Positions 1 to 9,855 of a stretch of DNA of 64,000 nt are shown one piece after another. The position numbers were made by a program, and so were the translations under genes. The notes beneath the pieces were generated by a model. That model was not told the DNA's origin. It saw only the letters and a program-made list of their open reading frames with translations, and searched no databases. Source of the stretch: Armatimonadota bacterium (GTDB lineage: Bacteria > Armatimonadota > SYMT01); NCBI GenBank assembly GCA_046292385.1, contig JBKBRF010000024.1:1-64000 (forward strand), read 5' to 3'. The number at the start of each line of letters is the position of its first letter. Position 1 is the first letter of the stretch.

Positions 1-190
1 CGGGCGGGACGGGAGTAGGCTGTAAGCACATCCGACTGCTCCGACTGCACAGGGCCGGCACCGCTGAAATACACCGGCACGTGCTCATTCTTCCCCTGCA
101 CCGATTTCGCCAACAGTATCCGCAAGCGCGTCACTCCGCATCGATTCGAACGGTCACAGCCGCTTCTCGCGTCGCTTCGTCTGCGAGGTG

Positions 191-763
191 CTATCCCGCC
201 TGTCGCAGGGGCCAGCCGGTGTATCGGGACAGGAGCTCGCCCATCGCCCACACCTCGCGCTCCCCGGATGCGAGTGCAGCCTCGTAGAGGCGCCTGCGGC
301 GGCGCCCGTCGGAAATCCACACGCCCCAGACAGGATGAGCGACCACCAACCCCGACGTCTGCATCCGGGTCAACACCTCGAAGTGCCCGTCTTCATAGCG
401 GCGCGTCCAGCTCCGGCCGAGGATCGAACGATCCACCTGGAAGAACTGGGGGCCTGCCCGCCACTCCTCCTTGCCCGCCAGCAGCCAGAGGAACAACCCA
501 ACAAAGGCGATCTCCATGACGGTGAAGAGCAGCAGCGAGACCCATCCCGGCATGCTGCCGCCGCCCTGGAGCGGGATGGGAGTCCCCACGCGGTCGAGGC
601 TCCGGACTACGAGCCATCCGAAACCGAGCGCCGCGACTCCAAACCCCAGCGCTTCGAGCGTACGGGTGCGGGTTTTCCGCGTGATCAGAATCGTTCCGTC
701 GTCTTGAGGCAGCAGGTCCCACGTCCTCAGCGCCTCTTCCGGGCGTGTGGCAAGCCGATCCAT
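191..763 (-). CDS. hypothetical membrane protein (2 TM segments, PH-like C-terminus possible)
   Basis: ORF 191..973(-) has two hydrophobic segments (LGFGVAALGFGWLVV; WVSLLLFTVMEIAFVGLFLWLLAG). Start uncertain; ATG 763 chosen. Confidence 0.55.
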   Translation of the reverse strand: MDRLATRPEEALRTWDLLPQDDGTILITRKTRTRTLEALGFGVAALGFGWLVVRSLDRVGTPIPLQGGGSMPGWVSLLLFTVMEIAFVGLFLWLLAGKEEWRAGPQFFQVDRSILGRSWTRRYEDGHFEVLTRMQTSGLVVAHPVWGVWISDGRRRRRLYEAALASGEREVWAMGELLSRYTGWPLRQAG

Positions 764-1139
764 CCATGCCTCCGTTCGCAAGCGTCCAAACTGGTCAATG
801 TCCGAATGTACCCGGTCGGAGCCTGGCATAAGCCTCCTCTGCGCGCAACCCATGCAGGGAGGCCCATCTAATGCGGAGTGGGAGCGTGTTGGGGCACCTC
901 TCGCAGCCGGAGGGTGCAGGGTGCAGGTCGGTGATGGCGGGGGAGTGCCCTGCGAGCGGTCTCGCCCCAGCATCGCGTGCCGTCTCGTGACGACGAGGCG
1001 CGTTTTCGGCGCCTCTCACGTAATACGAGCCGTCCTCAACGGTGCTGCCGGAGTGACGCGCTCGCGCGGCCCTTCTTTGGGGGTGAAGTCGTGGACGGCA
1101 AGAGGCGCGGGCGGATCGGTGTTGGCGCGGGGAAGCCGC

Positions 1140-1337
1140 TCGTCCCCCAGCGGGCGGCTATGGCTCGGTGGGCGTTTTGAGAATGAGAACGAGAACGAGA
1201 AGGAGAAGGAGCCATTCTAAGGGCGGAGTGCAGAGGGCGGAGTGCAGAGGGCGGAGTGCAGAGGGCGGAGTGCAGAGGACCGAACCCCTCGTGCGCGGGG
1301 TCTGAATTCCGCACTCCGCCCTCATCCCTCTGCCCTT
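1140..1337. repeat. composite intergenic repeat (GAGAAC/GAGAAG hexamers plus 4x 14-bp GGGCGGAGTGCAGA); inverted copy at 2792-2947
   Basis: Four 14-mers at 1221-1276. The flanks align with the reverse complement of 2792-2947. Confidence 0.85.
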
Positions 1338-1376
1338 AGGCACGTCCCCTTATCCCCTTTTCTTGCACCTGCTCGG

Positions 1377-2726
<1,350 letters not shown>

Positions 2727-2751
2727 AGTGCTTACCGGACCGTGTAAGAAA

Positions 2752-3025
2752 AGGAGATAAGGGGATGAATTGGGGATGAGGGGGATGTTGGAAGGGCAGA
2801 GGGATGAGGGCGGAGTGCGGAATTCAAACTCTCCGCACCAGAGGTTCGGTTCTCCGCACTCCGTCTTTAGAACGGCTCCTTCTCCTTCTCTTTCTCGTTC
2901 TCATTCTCAAATGGCCCACCGAGCCATAGCCGCCCGCTTGGGGACGATCAACTCGCTCGTGAGGTTCGGAGCTCATCCCCACATCTCCAATTCCATCCCC
3001 TTATCCCCCACATCCCCCTATCTCC
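2752..3025. repeat. composite intergenic repeat: inverted copy of 1140-1337 nested within GGGGATG/CATCCCC arrays
   Basis: 2792-2947 is the reverse complement of 1140-1337 with fewer 14-mers. 2761-2780 is the exact reverse complement of 28202-28221. Confidence 0.8.
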
Positions 3026-3041
3026 CTTCTTACACCGGTTC

Positions 3042-5396
3042 CTATTCCAGGTACATCAGCTCGTTGCGGGCGAGGAGGACTTCCAGGTATTCCTGCCAGG
3101 CGGGGGCGGGGGGCTCCTCGGCGCCGGCGGGCAGCAGGTAGCGGCGCGCCGACTCCAGTTCTTCCGGCAGCGCGGCGCGGCCGTAGAGGAGCTGGTGGGC
3201 GCGCTCGATCCGCGCTTCCAGGCCGGCCGGCGCCTCTTTCTCCAGCCGGGCGGCGAGCGCGGTCGCCTGCTGGGCGATGAACTCGCTGTTCAGCACGTAG
3301 AGCTGCTGGAGTGGCGTGGTGGTGTGGAAGCGGGCGGCGCTGTGCGTCACCGGGTCCGGGAAGTCGTAGAGCCGGAGCAGGTGGTCGAGGTCGCGGCGCT
3401 TGACCACGCCGTAGAGCGTGCGGCGGACGTTCGCCGGGGCGCTCAGCTCCTGCGGGGCGCCGCCGACCGTCCGGTCGAGCTGGCCGCTGGCACTCAGGAT
3501 CGCGTCCCGCCACGCCTCCACCTCCAGCCGGCGGCGGATCATCCGTCCCAGCAGCCGGTTGTCCGGATCGGCGGCGGCCAGCTTCGGCGCGGCGCCGCCG
3601 CCCTGGCGGTAGGTGGAGGAGAGCACGATCTCCCGGTGCAGCCACTTGAGTGACCACCCCGCCGCGATGAAGCGGCCGGCGAGGTCGTCCAGCAGCTCCG
3701 GGTGCGACGGGCGGTCGCCCTGGGTGCCGAAGTCGCTGGGGGTCTCCACCAGTCCCCGGCCGAAGTAGTGGCGCCAGACGCGGTTGACGATCACCCGCGC
3801 CGCCAGCGGGGCGGAGTCGCGGAAGACCGCCTCCGCCAGCTCGCGCCGGCCGCTCCCCTGCGAGAACCGCGCCGGCTCGCCGCGGGAGAGGACCGCCAGG
3901 AAGCGCCGCGGCACCACCTCGCCTTCCCGGGAGACGTTGCCGCGGAGCTGCATCGGCACGTCCTGGCCCACCCCGTCCCGGTGCTCCACCCGCGTGCGGT
4001 CCGGCCCGTCCGGCAGCACCTGCACGCTGGCGGTCTCCACCGCGTAGGCGATGGGGGCATCGAAGTGCGGAGTGGTGGCCCGAAGCGCCGACGCCTTCCG
4101 CTTCAGCGACTCGGCTTTCTCCGGCTCCTTCTGTTGAAGCTGCTGCGCTTCGGCCTCCAGCGCCTTGACCTGCGCGCGGGCAGTGAGCACCGCCTTCGCC
4201 TCCACCTCCGGCACCAGAGGGCGCGGGGCCAGGCGGGTCGAGGCGAAGACGCCGGCCAGGGCGTAGTAGTCTTTGGCGGAGATCGGGTCGAACTTGTGGT
4301 CGTGACAGCGGGCGCAGGCGACGGTGAGCCCGAGCAGCGTGCTGGAGACGGTGTGGATCCGCTCCTCCCACTCCTCCGCCACGACCGTCTTGATCACGTC
4401 CGGCGCCAGCTTCAACTCCTTCCAGTAGGAGGGGCTGAGGCCGAGGAACCCGAGCGCGGCAAGGTCGGCGGGCGGCGTGCCGGGCATCTCGTCCGCGGAG
4501 AGCTGCAGCTTTACGAAGCGGTCGTACGGCACGTCGCGGTTCAGGGCGTCGACCACCCAGTCGCGGTAGAGCCACGGCTGCGCGTCGGTCTGCGCCCACG
4601 CCTCCAGAACGTCCGCATAGCGGGCCAGGTCGAGCCAGTGCCGCCCCCACCGCTCCCCATAGTGGGGCGAGGCGAGCAGCCGCTCCACGACGCGGCGGTA
4701 GGCGTCAGGCCGGCGGTCGGCAACGAACGCCTCGATCTCCTCCGGGGTGGGCGGGAGGCCGGTCAGGTCGAACGAGACGCGGCGGAGGAGCGTGCGGCGG
4801 TCGGTCGGGCTCGCCGGCCCGAAGCCTTCCTTCTCTAAGCGCGCCAGGAGGTAGTGGTCGATCCGCCGGGTCGGCCAGCCCGTCCGCTTCACCGCGGGCG
4901 GATCGCTCTTCCGCAGCGGCTGGAACGACCAGTGCCGTTTCGCCGCACCCGGCTTCGCGGCCGGCTTCGCGGGGGCCGGCCAGGCGGCGCCGCGCTCCAC
5001 CCACTCGGTCAGCGTGCGGATCTCCGCGTCGGAGAGCTTCCCCGCCGGGGGCATGCGCAGGTGGGTGTCGGCGTAGCTCACCGCCTTGAGCAGCAGGCTC
5101 TTCTCCGGCTCGCCGGGCACCACCGCCGGGCCGCCGTCGCCCCCTTTCCGCATCGCGGCGCCGTCGTCCAGCCGCAGCCCACCCTGGGTCACCTTGGCGG
5201 AGTGGCAGGCGGTGCAGTGCTTCGCCAGGAGGGGGCGGACCCTCGCCTCGAAGAAGCGGACCTCTTCCGGCGAGGCCGCGGCAGCGGGAGGCGCCGGCTC
5301 GGGCGCGCTCGCCGCCACGAACGGCGCCGCGGCGCAGACCGTCAGCAACGCTGTAAGTAACACCCGACCCAGGCGCGACTGCTCGCCGTTTCTCAT
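3042..5396 (-). CDS. planctomycete-type cytochrome c / DUF1549 / DUF1553 (PSD1) protein
   Basis: Signal peptide; CTACH and CARCH heme motifs; HWSFQP, DLTGLPPT, YGERWGRHWLDLARYAD, VNRVWRHYFGRGLV, PSHPELLD. Canonical partner of DUF1501. Confidence 0.92.
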   Translation of the reverse strand: MRNGEQSRLGRVLLTALLTVCAAAPFVAASAPEPAPPAAAASPEEVRFFEARVRPLLAKHCTACHSAKVTQGGLRLDDGAAMRKGGDGGPAVVPGEPEKSLLLKAVSYADTHLRMPPAGKLSDAEIRTLTEWVERGAAWPAPAKPAAKPGAAKRHWSFQPLRKSDPPAVKRTGWPTRRIDHYLLARLEKEGFGPASPTDRRTLLRRVSFDLTGLPPTPEEIEAFVADRRPDAYRRVVERLLASPHYGERWGRHWLDLARYADVLEAWAQTDAQPWLYRDWVVDALNRDVPYDRFVKLQLSADEMPGTPPADLAALGFLGLSPSYWKELKLAPDVIKTVVAEEWEERIHTVSSTLLGLTVACARCHDHKFDPISAKDYYALAGVFASTRLAPRPLVPEVEAKAVLTARAQVKALEAEAQQLQQKEPEKAESLKRKASALRATTPHFDAPIAYAVETASVQVLPDGPDRTRVEHRDGVGQDVPMQLRGNVSREGEVVPRRFLAVLSRGEPARFSQGSGRRELAEAVFRDSAPLAARVIVNRVWRHYFGRGLVETPSDFGTQGDRPSHPELLDDLAGRFIAAGWSLKWLHREIVLSSTYRQGGGAAPKLAAADPDNRLLGRMIRRRLEVEAWRDAILSASGQLDRTVGGAPQELSAPANVRRTLYGVVKRRDLDHLLRLYDFPDPVTHSAARFHTTTPLQQLYVLNSEFIAQQATALAARLEKEAPAGLEARIERAHQLLYGRAALPEELESARRYLLPAGAEEPPAPAWQEYLEVLLARNELMYLE

Positions 5397-5456
5397 GCCT
5401 TACCCCCGGAGAGTAAGAGCGCGCGCCGCCGCGGAGGTTGCAGGGAGCCGCGCCGC

Positions 5457-6323
5457 CTATTCCGCGAAATGCTGCAGGCGGGCCAGCTTCTCCGGGTTCC
5501 GCATCACGTAGATGCCGGTGATCCGCCCGTCCGCCATCTCCAGGGAGACGGCGGTGTTCACCCGCCCGTTCCGGAAGGTGAGGAACCCGGGACGGCCGTT
5601 GAGCTCCACCGGGTAGATCGGGTCCTCGCTGTGGAACTTCTGCCTCACGCCCAGGAGGTAGCGGGCGACGTTCCGCGCGCCGTGGATCGGGTTCAGCGCG
5701 GCGGTCGCCTTGCCGCCGTGGTCCGACCAGACGGTGATCTCGTCGCTCAGGAGCGAGACGAGCCCGGGGAGGTCGCCCCGCTCGCAGGCCGCGGCGAACC
5801 GGCGCGAAAGCTCTTCGCGTTGGGCCGGCGACGGCTCGAACCGCGGGCGGCGGGTGGAGAGGAATTCCCGCGCCCGCCGCGCGATCTGCCGGCAGTTTGC
5901 CTCGCTCTTGTCGACGATGCGGGCGACCTCCGCGTAGTCGTAGTCGAATACCTCGCGCAGTAGGAAGACCGCCCGCTCCACCGGGTTCAGGCTCTGGAGC
6001 AGCACCAAGAAGGCGGTCGAGAGCGTCTCCGCCCGCTCCGCCGCGTCCGGCTCCGTCTCGCGCGTCAGGAGCGGCTCCGGCAGCCACGGCCCAACGTAGC
6101 TCTCCCGCCGCGCTCGTGCCGACTGCAGGTGGTCCAGGCAGAGCCGCGTCACCACTGCCGCCAGGTAGGAGCGGACCGACTGCACCCGGCCGTCCCGCGC
6201 CCGCTGCCACCGGAGGAAGGCGTCCTGCAGGATATCCTCCGTCTCGGCCACCGTCCCGAGCATGCGGTACGCGATACCGAACAGGTAACCCCGGTGCTGC
6301 TCGAACGAATCAGCAGGAGGCAC
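5457..6323 (-). CDS. sigJ: ECF41/SigJ-family sigma-70 factor with C-terminal SnoaL-like extension
   Basis: IAYRMLG, YVGPWLPEP, ERAVFLLREVF, DHGGK, NPEKL motifs. Start is GTG 6323 or ATG 6392. Confidence 0.9.
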   Translation of the reverse strand: MPPADSFEQHRGYLFGIAYRMLGTVAETEDILQDAFLRWQRARDGRVQSVRSYLAAVVTRLCLDHLQSARARRESYVGPWLPEPLLTRETEPDAAERAETLSTAFLVLLQSLNPVERAVFLLREVFDYDYAEVARIVDKSEANCRQIARRAREFLSTRRPRFEPSPAQREELSRRFAAACERGDLPGLVSLLSDEITVWSDHGGKATAALNPIHGARNVARYLLGVRQKFHSEDPIYPVELNGRPGFLTFRNGRVNTAVSLEMADGRITGIYVMRNPEKLARLQHFAE

Positions 6324-6390
6324 AGGCAGCTTTGCACAGCTCGTGGAACCTGGATGACAGCTGCGGTCCTCGATCTCTGGCTGTATCGAC

Positions 6391-7293
6391 ATGGATAACT
6401 CCCAACTGAACCGGCTACTGGCCCAGACGAGCGACTGGCGATGGGCGGTGCGCCTCGACGCACTGCAGGCGCTCGCGCCGTGCGCGGACGCGCGGATCCT
6501 TCCCGTCCTGATCGGGCTCCTGGGAGATCCCGACGCCCGCGTGCGCGAGCGGGTGGTCGAGCTGCTCGGCGAGCGCGGCGACCGGGACGCAGTCCCTCAT
6601 CTCTGTAACGCATTGAGTGACTGGAGCTGGCATGTCTGTGAAAAGGCGGCGGTCGCGCTGGGAAGGCTCGGCGATCCGCGTGCCGTGCCGTTTCTGATCT
6701 CTGCCCTCGAAAAGCGCACCTGTCCGGCGGTCGCGGTCGCCCTGGGCCGGCTCGGTGACGCCAGAGCAATTCCGGCTCTCTGCGAGGCCGCCGGACCCGA
6801 ACGGCCCACCGCCACCCGTCGAGCTGCCTTCGCCGCGTTAGCAAAGCTCGACGACTCCGCCGCGGTGGAGCCGCTCTGCCAGGCGCTCCGAGATCCGGAC
6901 GAACAGGTCCGCATCGCCGCCGCCCGCGCGCTCGGCGATCTGGCGGAGCGCACCGGCGCCGGTGCGCTCCGCGCGGCTCTCCCGCCCCTCCGGCGGCGCC
7001 TCCGCTGGCTTACGGGGGAATCGGACGAATACGCTCCCTTCAGAGACTCTATCGACAGGATCGAGGCAGCCACCTCCGGCGTCAAGGCCCTGCCGGTTCC
7101 GAGTCGATCGCGCACCGGCGACGCTTCCGAGCTGCCTCTGCCGGCCGGTACCACGCCCGAACTGGAAGGGAGGCCGCTCCCCGGCGAACCGAATCGGTCT
7201 ACCGGGGAGCTTCCTCCCGACGAGAGCAAGTTATCCGGCTCGACCGGCGACGCCCTCCGCCTGTTACGAGGACGCTGGCCCCGAAAGCGCTAG
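6391..7293 (+). CDS. HEAT/PBS-lyase repeat protein
   Basis: Repeated units such as AAVALGRLGDPRAVPFLI and DPDEQVRIAAARALG. Confidence 0.85.
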   Translation: MDNSQLNRLLAQTSDWRWAVRLDALQALAPCADARILPVLIGLLGDPDARVRERVVELLGERGDRDAVPHLCNALSDWSWHVCEKAAVALGRLGDPRAVPFLISALEKRTCPAVAVALGRLGDARAIPALCEAAGPERPTATRRAAFAALAKLDDSAAVEPLCQALRDPDEQVRIAAARALGDLAERTGAGALRAALPPLRRRLRWLTGESDEYAPFRDSIDRIEAATSGVKALPVPSRSRTGDASELPLPAGTTPELEGRPLPGEPNRSTGELPPDESKLSGSTGDALRLLRGRWPRKR

Positions 7294-8604
7294 CGCCTCT
7301 GGGGCCGCGGCTTCCGGTGCGCCCTCGTGTTCGGCAAGTATCGCCCGGGCGGCGGCGCGGGCGCTGGCGAGGCTGGCGTCGGCGAGCATCCCTTTGGGAC
7401 CGACCCAGTCGCCCGCCAGGAAGAGACCGGGAGCGTCCTCGACCGTACACCCGGGCCGGCCCGGCTCTCCGCCGAGGTCGGCGCGGGGGAGGGCGCTGAC
7501 GGCCAGCATGTTCGGCAGGTACTCCCGCGCCTGCAGCTCGTCTCGCCAGCCGGGCTGGAACCGATCGAGGAGCCCCTCCAGCTCCCGCTCCACCGCGGCC
7601 GGATCGGCTGCCGGCTCCGAGCCGAGGTAGCGAGCGAGATGGATTAACGCTCCGCCCTCCGGCGTGAGCCGCGCCGACTCGGAGTGCACCGAGAAGTAGA
7701 GCGGCTGGTCGAGCCCCAGCGCGAAGAGGGCGTCCGGGTTCGGCAGCCGGCGCAGCCCCACCGCGAGGCACGCGACTCGCATCGGGATCGCCTGTTCCGC
7801 CCGGACCCTCAGCGACTCGACCGCCGGCGACAGCGCGGAGGCGACCGCCGGCCTGGCGGTGATCAGCACCTGCTCCGCCCGCCAGTGGGAGCCGTCCGCC
7901 AGCGCCACTCCCCGCCCGCCCTCGTCCAGCTCCACGCCGTCGACCCGGCTCTCCGGCACGATCCGCGCGCCCGCCGCCTCCGCCGCGCGCCGCAGGCCGT
8001 CCACCAGGCTCTGCCAGCCGCCGTCGAGGTAGAGCACGCCCGCGGAGCCGCGCTGGAGCTGCCGCACCGCCGCGCCGGCGCTCAGGCGGGCGGGATCGTG
8101 CGCGAAAGTGCTCAACCGGATCAGCGCCTCGAGCAACTGCCGGACCTCCGCCCGCTTCACCGCCCGGTCGAGCCAGTCTGAAAGCGGCTCGGCGTCCAGC
8201 TCCCGCGGGTCGAGCTGCGGAATCCGGCTCTGAAACTGCGCCAGCTCCAGCTTGGCCGCCGGTCCCAAGAGGTTGGAGAGGGCCAGGTCGGCCGCGGTCC
8301 GGGGGAGGCGGTAGACCTCGTCGCCGCGCAGCGCCCAGAGCCCGCGGCTGGGTGACGGCTGCCCGGAATAGGAGACTCCGAGCTCCGCCAGCACCTGCAC
8401 CCCAGCGCCGCCCCGGTAGAGGGCGTGGGGCCCCCGGTTCAGCGAGTAGCCGTCCACAGTCCGCGTGGCGGCCCGCCCGCCGGGAGCACCCGAGTCGAAC
8501 ACCACCACCTCTCGCCCCGCTCGCGCCAGGTATGCCGCCGCGGCGAGCCCTGCCAGCCCGGCGCCGACGATCGCCACGTCGGCGCGCTGCTCTCTCACGT
8601 GCAT
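7264..8604 (-). CDS. FAD-dependent oxidoreductase (phytoene dehydrogenase-like)
   Basis: VAIVGAGLAG Rossmann motif, GGRA, LFLAGDWVG; AGGGAG RBS before ATG 8604. Confidence 0.88.
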   Translation of the reverse strand: MHVREQRADVAIVGAGLAGLAAAAYLARAGREVVVFDSGAPGGRAATRTVDGYSLNRGPHALYRGGAGVQVLAELGVSYSGQPSPSRGLWALRGDEVYRLPRTAADLALSNLLGPAAKLELAQFQSRIPQLDPRELDAEPLSDWLDRAVKRAEVRQLLEALIRLSTFAHDPARLSAGAAVRQLQRGSAGVLYLDGGWQSLVDGLRRAAEAAGARIVPESRVDGVELDEGGRGVALADGSHWRAEQVLITARPAVASALSPAVESLRVRAEQAIPMRVACLAVGLRRLPNPDALFALGLDQPLYFSVHSESARLTPEGGALIHLARYLGSEPAADPAAVERELEGLLDRFQPGWRDELQAREYLPNMLAVSALPRADLGGEPGRPGCTVEDAPGLFLAGDWVGPKGMLADASLASARAAARAILAEHEGAPEAAAPEALALSGPASS

Positions 8605-8643
8605 CGCTTTCTCCCTTTGATTCCTTCGCCAAGCCGCAGGGAA

Positions 8644-8670
8644 GACGAAGCAGCGGCGCACGGTGTGACA
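8644..8670 (-). promoter_or_regulatory. ECF41-type promoter TGTCACA-N16-CGTC
   Basis: Minus strand reads TGTCACA ccgtgcgccgctgctt CGTC, the ECF41 target consensus, 40 bp upstream of the oxidoreductase start. Confidence 0.85.
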
Positions 8671-8857
8671 TGCCACCCCAGATTTTTTACGGCCTTGCCC
8701 GTCTCGGACAGAGCTTTTTTGTCTGTTGGTCCGTAGGGAGGGGTTTGTTCGCTCGCTAATCGGGGAACGACAAGCGCGGGGCCGGACCTCCGAGCGTTCG
8801 CCTGGTCGCGGCGCGGCCAGATTCTCGTTCGGGCTGCCGGCCGTCCGGCGGATTCTA

Positions 8858-8892
8858 GTTTTTCCGTTTAGCTGGTGGGGTAAGCGGGGTAA
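8858..8892 (+). promoter_or_regulatory. SigB/SigF-like general-stress promoter(s)
   Basis: GTTTTT-N14-GGGTAA (8858-8883) overlaps GTTTAG-N15-GGGTAA (8866-8892), upstream of a GsiB-like gene. Confidence 0.5.
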
Positions 8893-8972
8893 CTTGCGAC
8901 CAAGCGGCACCCCGCACGGTGATGCCCCAGCCGTGCTCCCCCCTGCAGCAGCACCCAGAGGAGGACCTCCGT

Positions 8973-9272
8973 ATGTCCGAGAGAGAGACGCAGGACGACG
9001 CGCGTGAGATGACCGTCGCCGAGGCCGGCCGCAAAGGCGGGCAGACGGTGAAGCAGCGATACGGCAGCGACTTTTACGGCGAGATCGGCCGTAAGGGCGG
9101 CAGCACCACCAAGAAGAAGTACGGCCCGCAGCACTACGCGGACATCGGCCGCCGCGGCGGCCAGACCACGGCGGAGCGCCACGGGCAGGAGTTCTACGAG
9201 AACATCGGCCGCAAGGGCGGTCAGCGCGTGCGCGAGCTGATCGAGCGCGGCAAAGAGATCAACGGCGAGTAG
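8973..9272 (+). CDS. KGG-repeat general stress protein (GsiB/Em-like hydrophilin)
   Basis: Repeats MTVAEAGRKGG, FYGEIGRKGG, FYENIGRKGG; GAGGAGG RBS. Confidence 0.9.
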   Translation: MSERETQDDAREMTVAEAGRKGGQTVKQRYGSDFYGEIGRKGGSTTKKKYGPQHYADIGRRGGQTTAERHGQEFYENIGRKGGQRVRELIERGKEINGE

Positions 9273-9855
9273 CCCCTCACTGGTCGTGATCCCGACCGGA
9301 TTCTCGTCCGGTTAGCCCGTTCCCGAGCTACGTTTTCCGCCCCCCGGAGCACCCCGGGGGGCGATGGGCCCAACCGCAAGATCCTTTCACTCCTTGACTG
9401 GGCCGTTCCTGGCCTACCCGCCGGCAGCGCTGCGTACCCGCGCTCTCGCGGGTGCTCCGCGCGCCCGCGAGCGATCCCCGGCCGTTGCGTCTTTGTGGAT
9501 TCGCCCCAGAGCAAGCGCCAGGCAGGCAAGCAGAGGAGGGATTCCCTCGGCAGGGACCGACATACTAATCGAAGATGGACATACCGGTTCACCGCCTGCT
9601 GGGCAAGCGCTGACAGGGTATGCTAAAGTGGGCAATGAGCAGTGGGCAATCTACCGTCCAAGCCTGGGGCGGCACGCTGCTCGTGTCCCCATCGCCTCTC
9701 CGCCGCTCCGGCGAGGAGGCATCTCGGTAAGACTCAGTTCTCCCGGCGAAGTGCAAGCGGAGTGGCTGGAGGCAACATGGATACTCCATTTCCTCCGCCG
9801 AACGCCGGACCGGGCGTGTTGAGCCTGACTATGGACCAGGCATCGGAGGAAACCC

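Noticed and set aside
1221..1276. CRISPR-like repeat
   Set aside because: Head-to-tail 14-mers without spacers; no cas genes in the window.
8605..8910. Long N-terminal extensions given by the ORF track (oxidoreductase; also M20, BASS, second USP)
   Set aside because: RBS positions, the promoter and domain starts point to downstream start codons.
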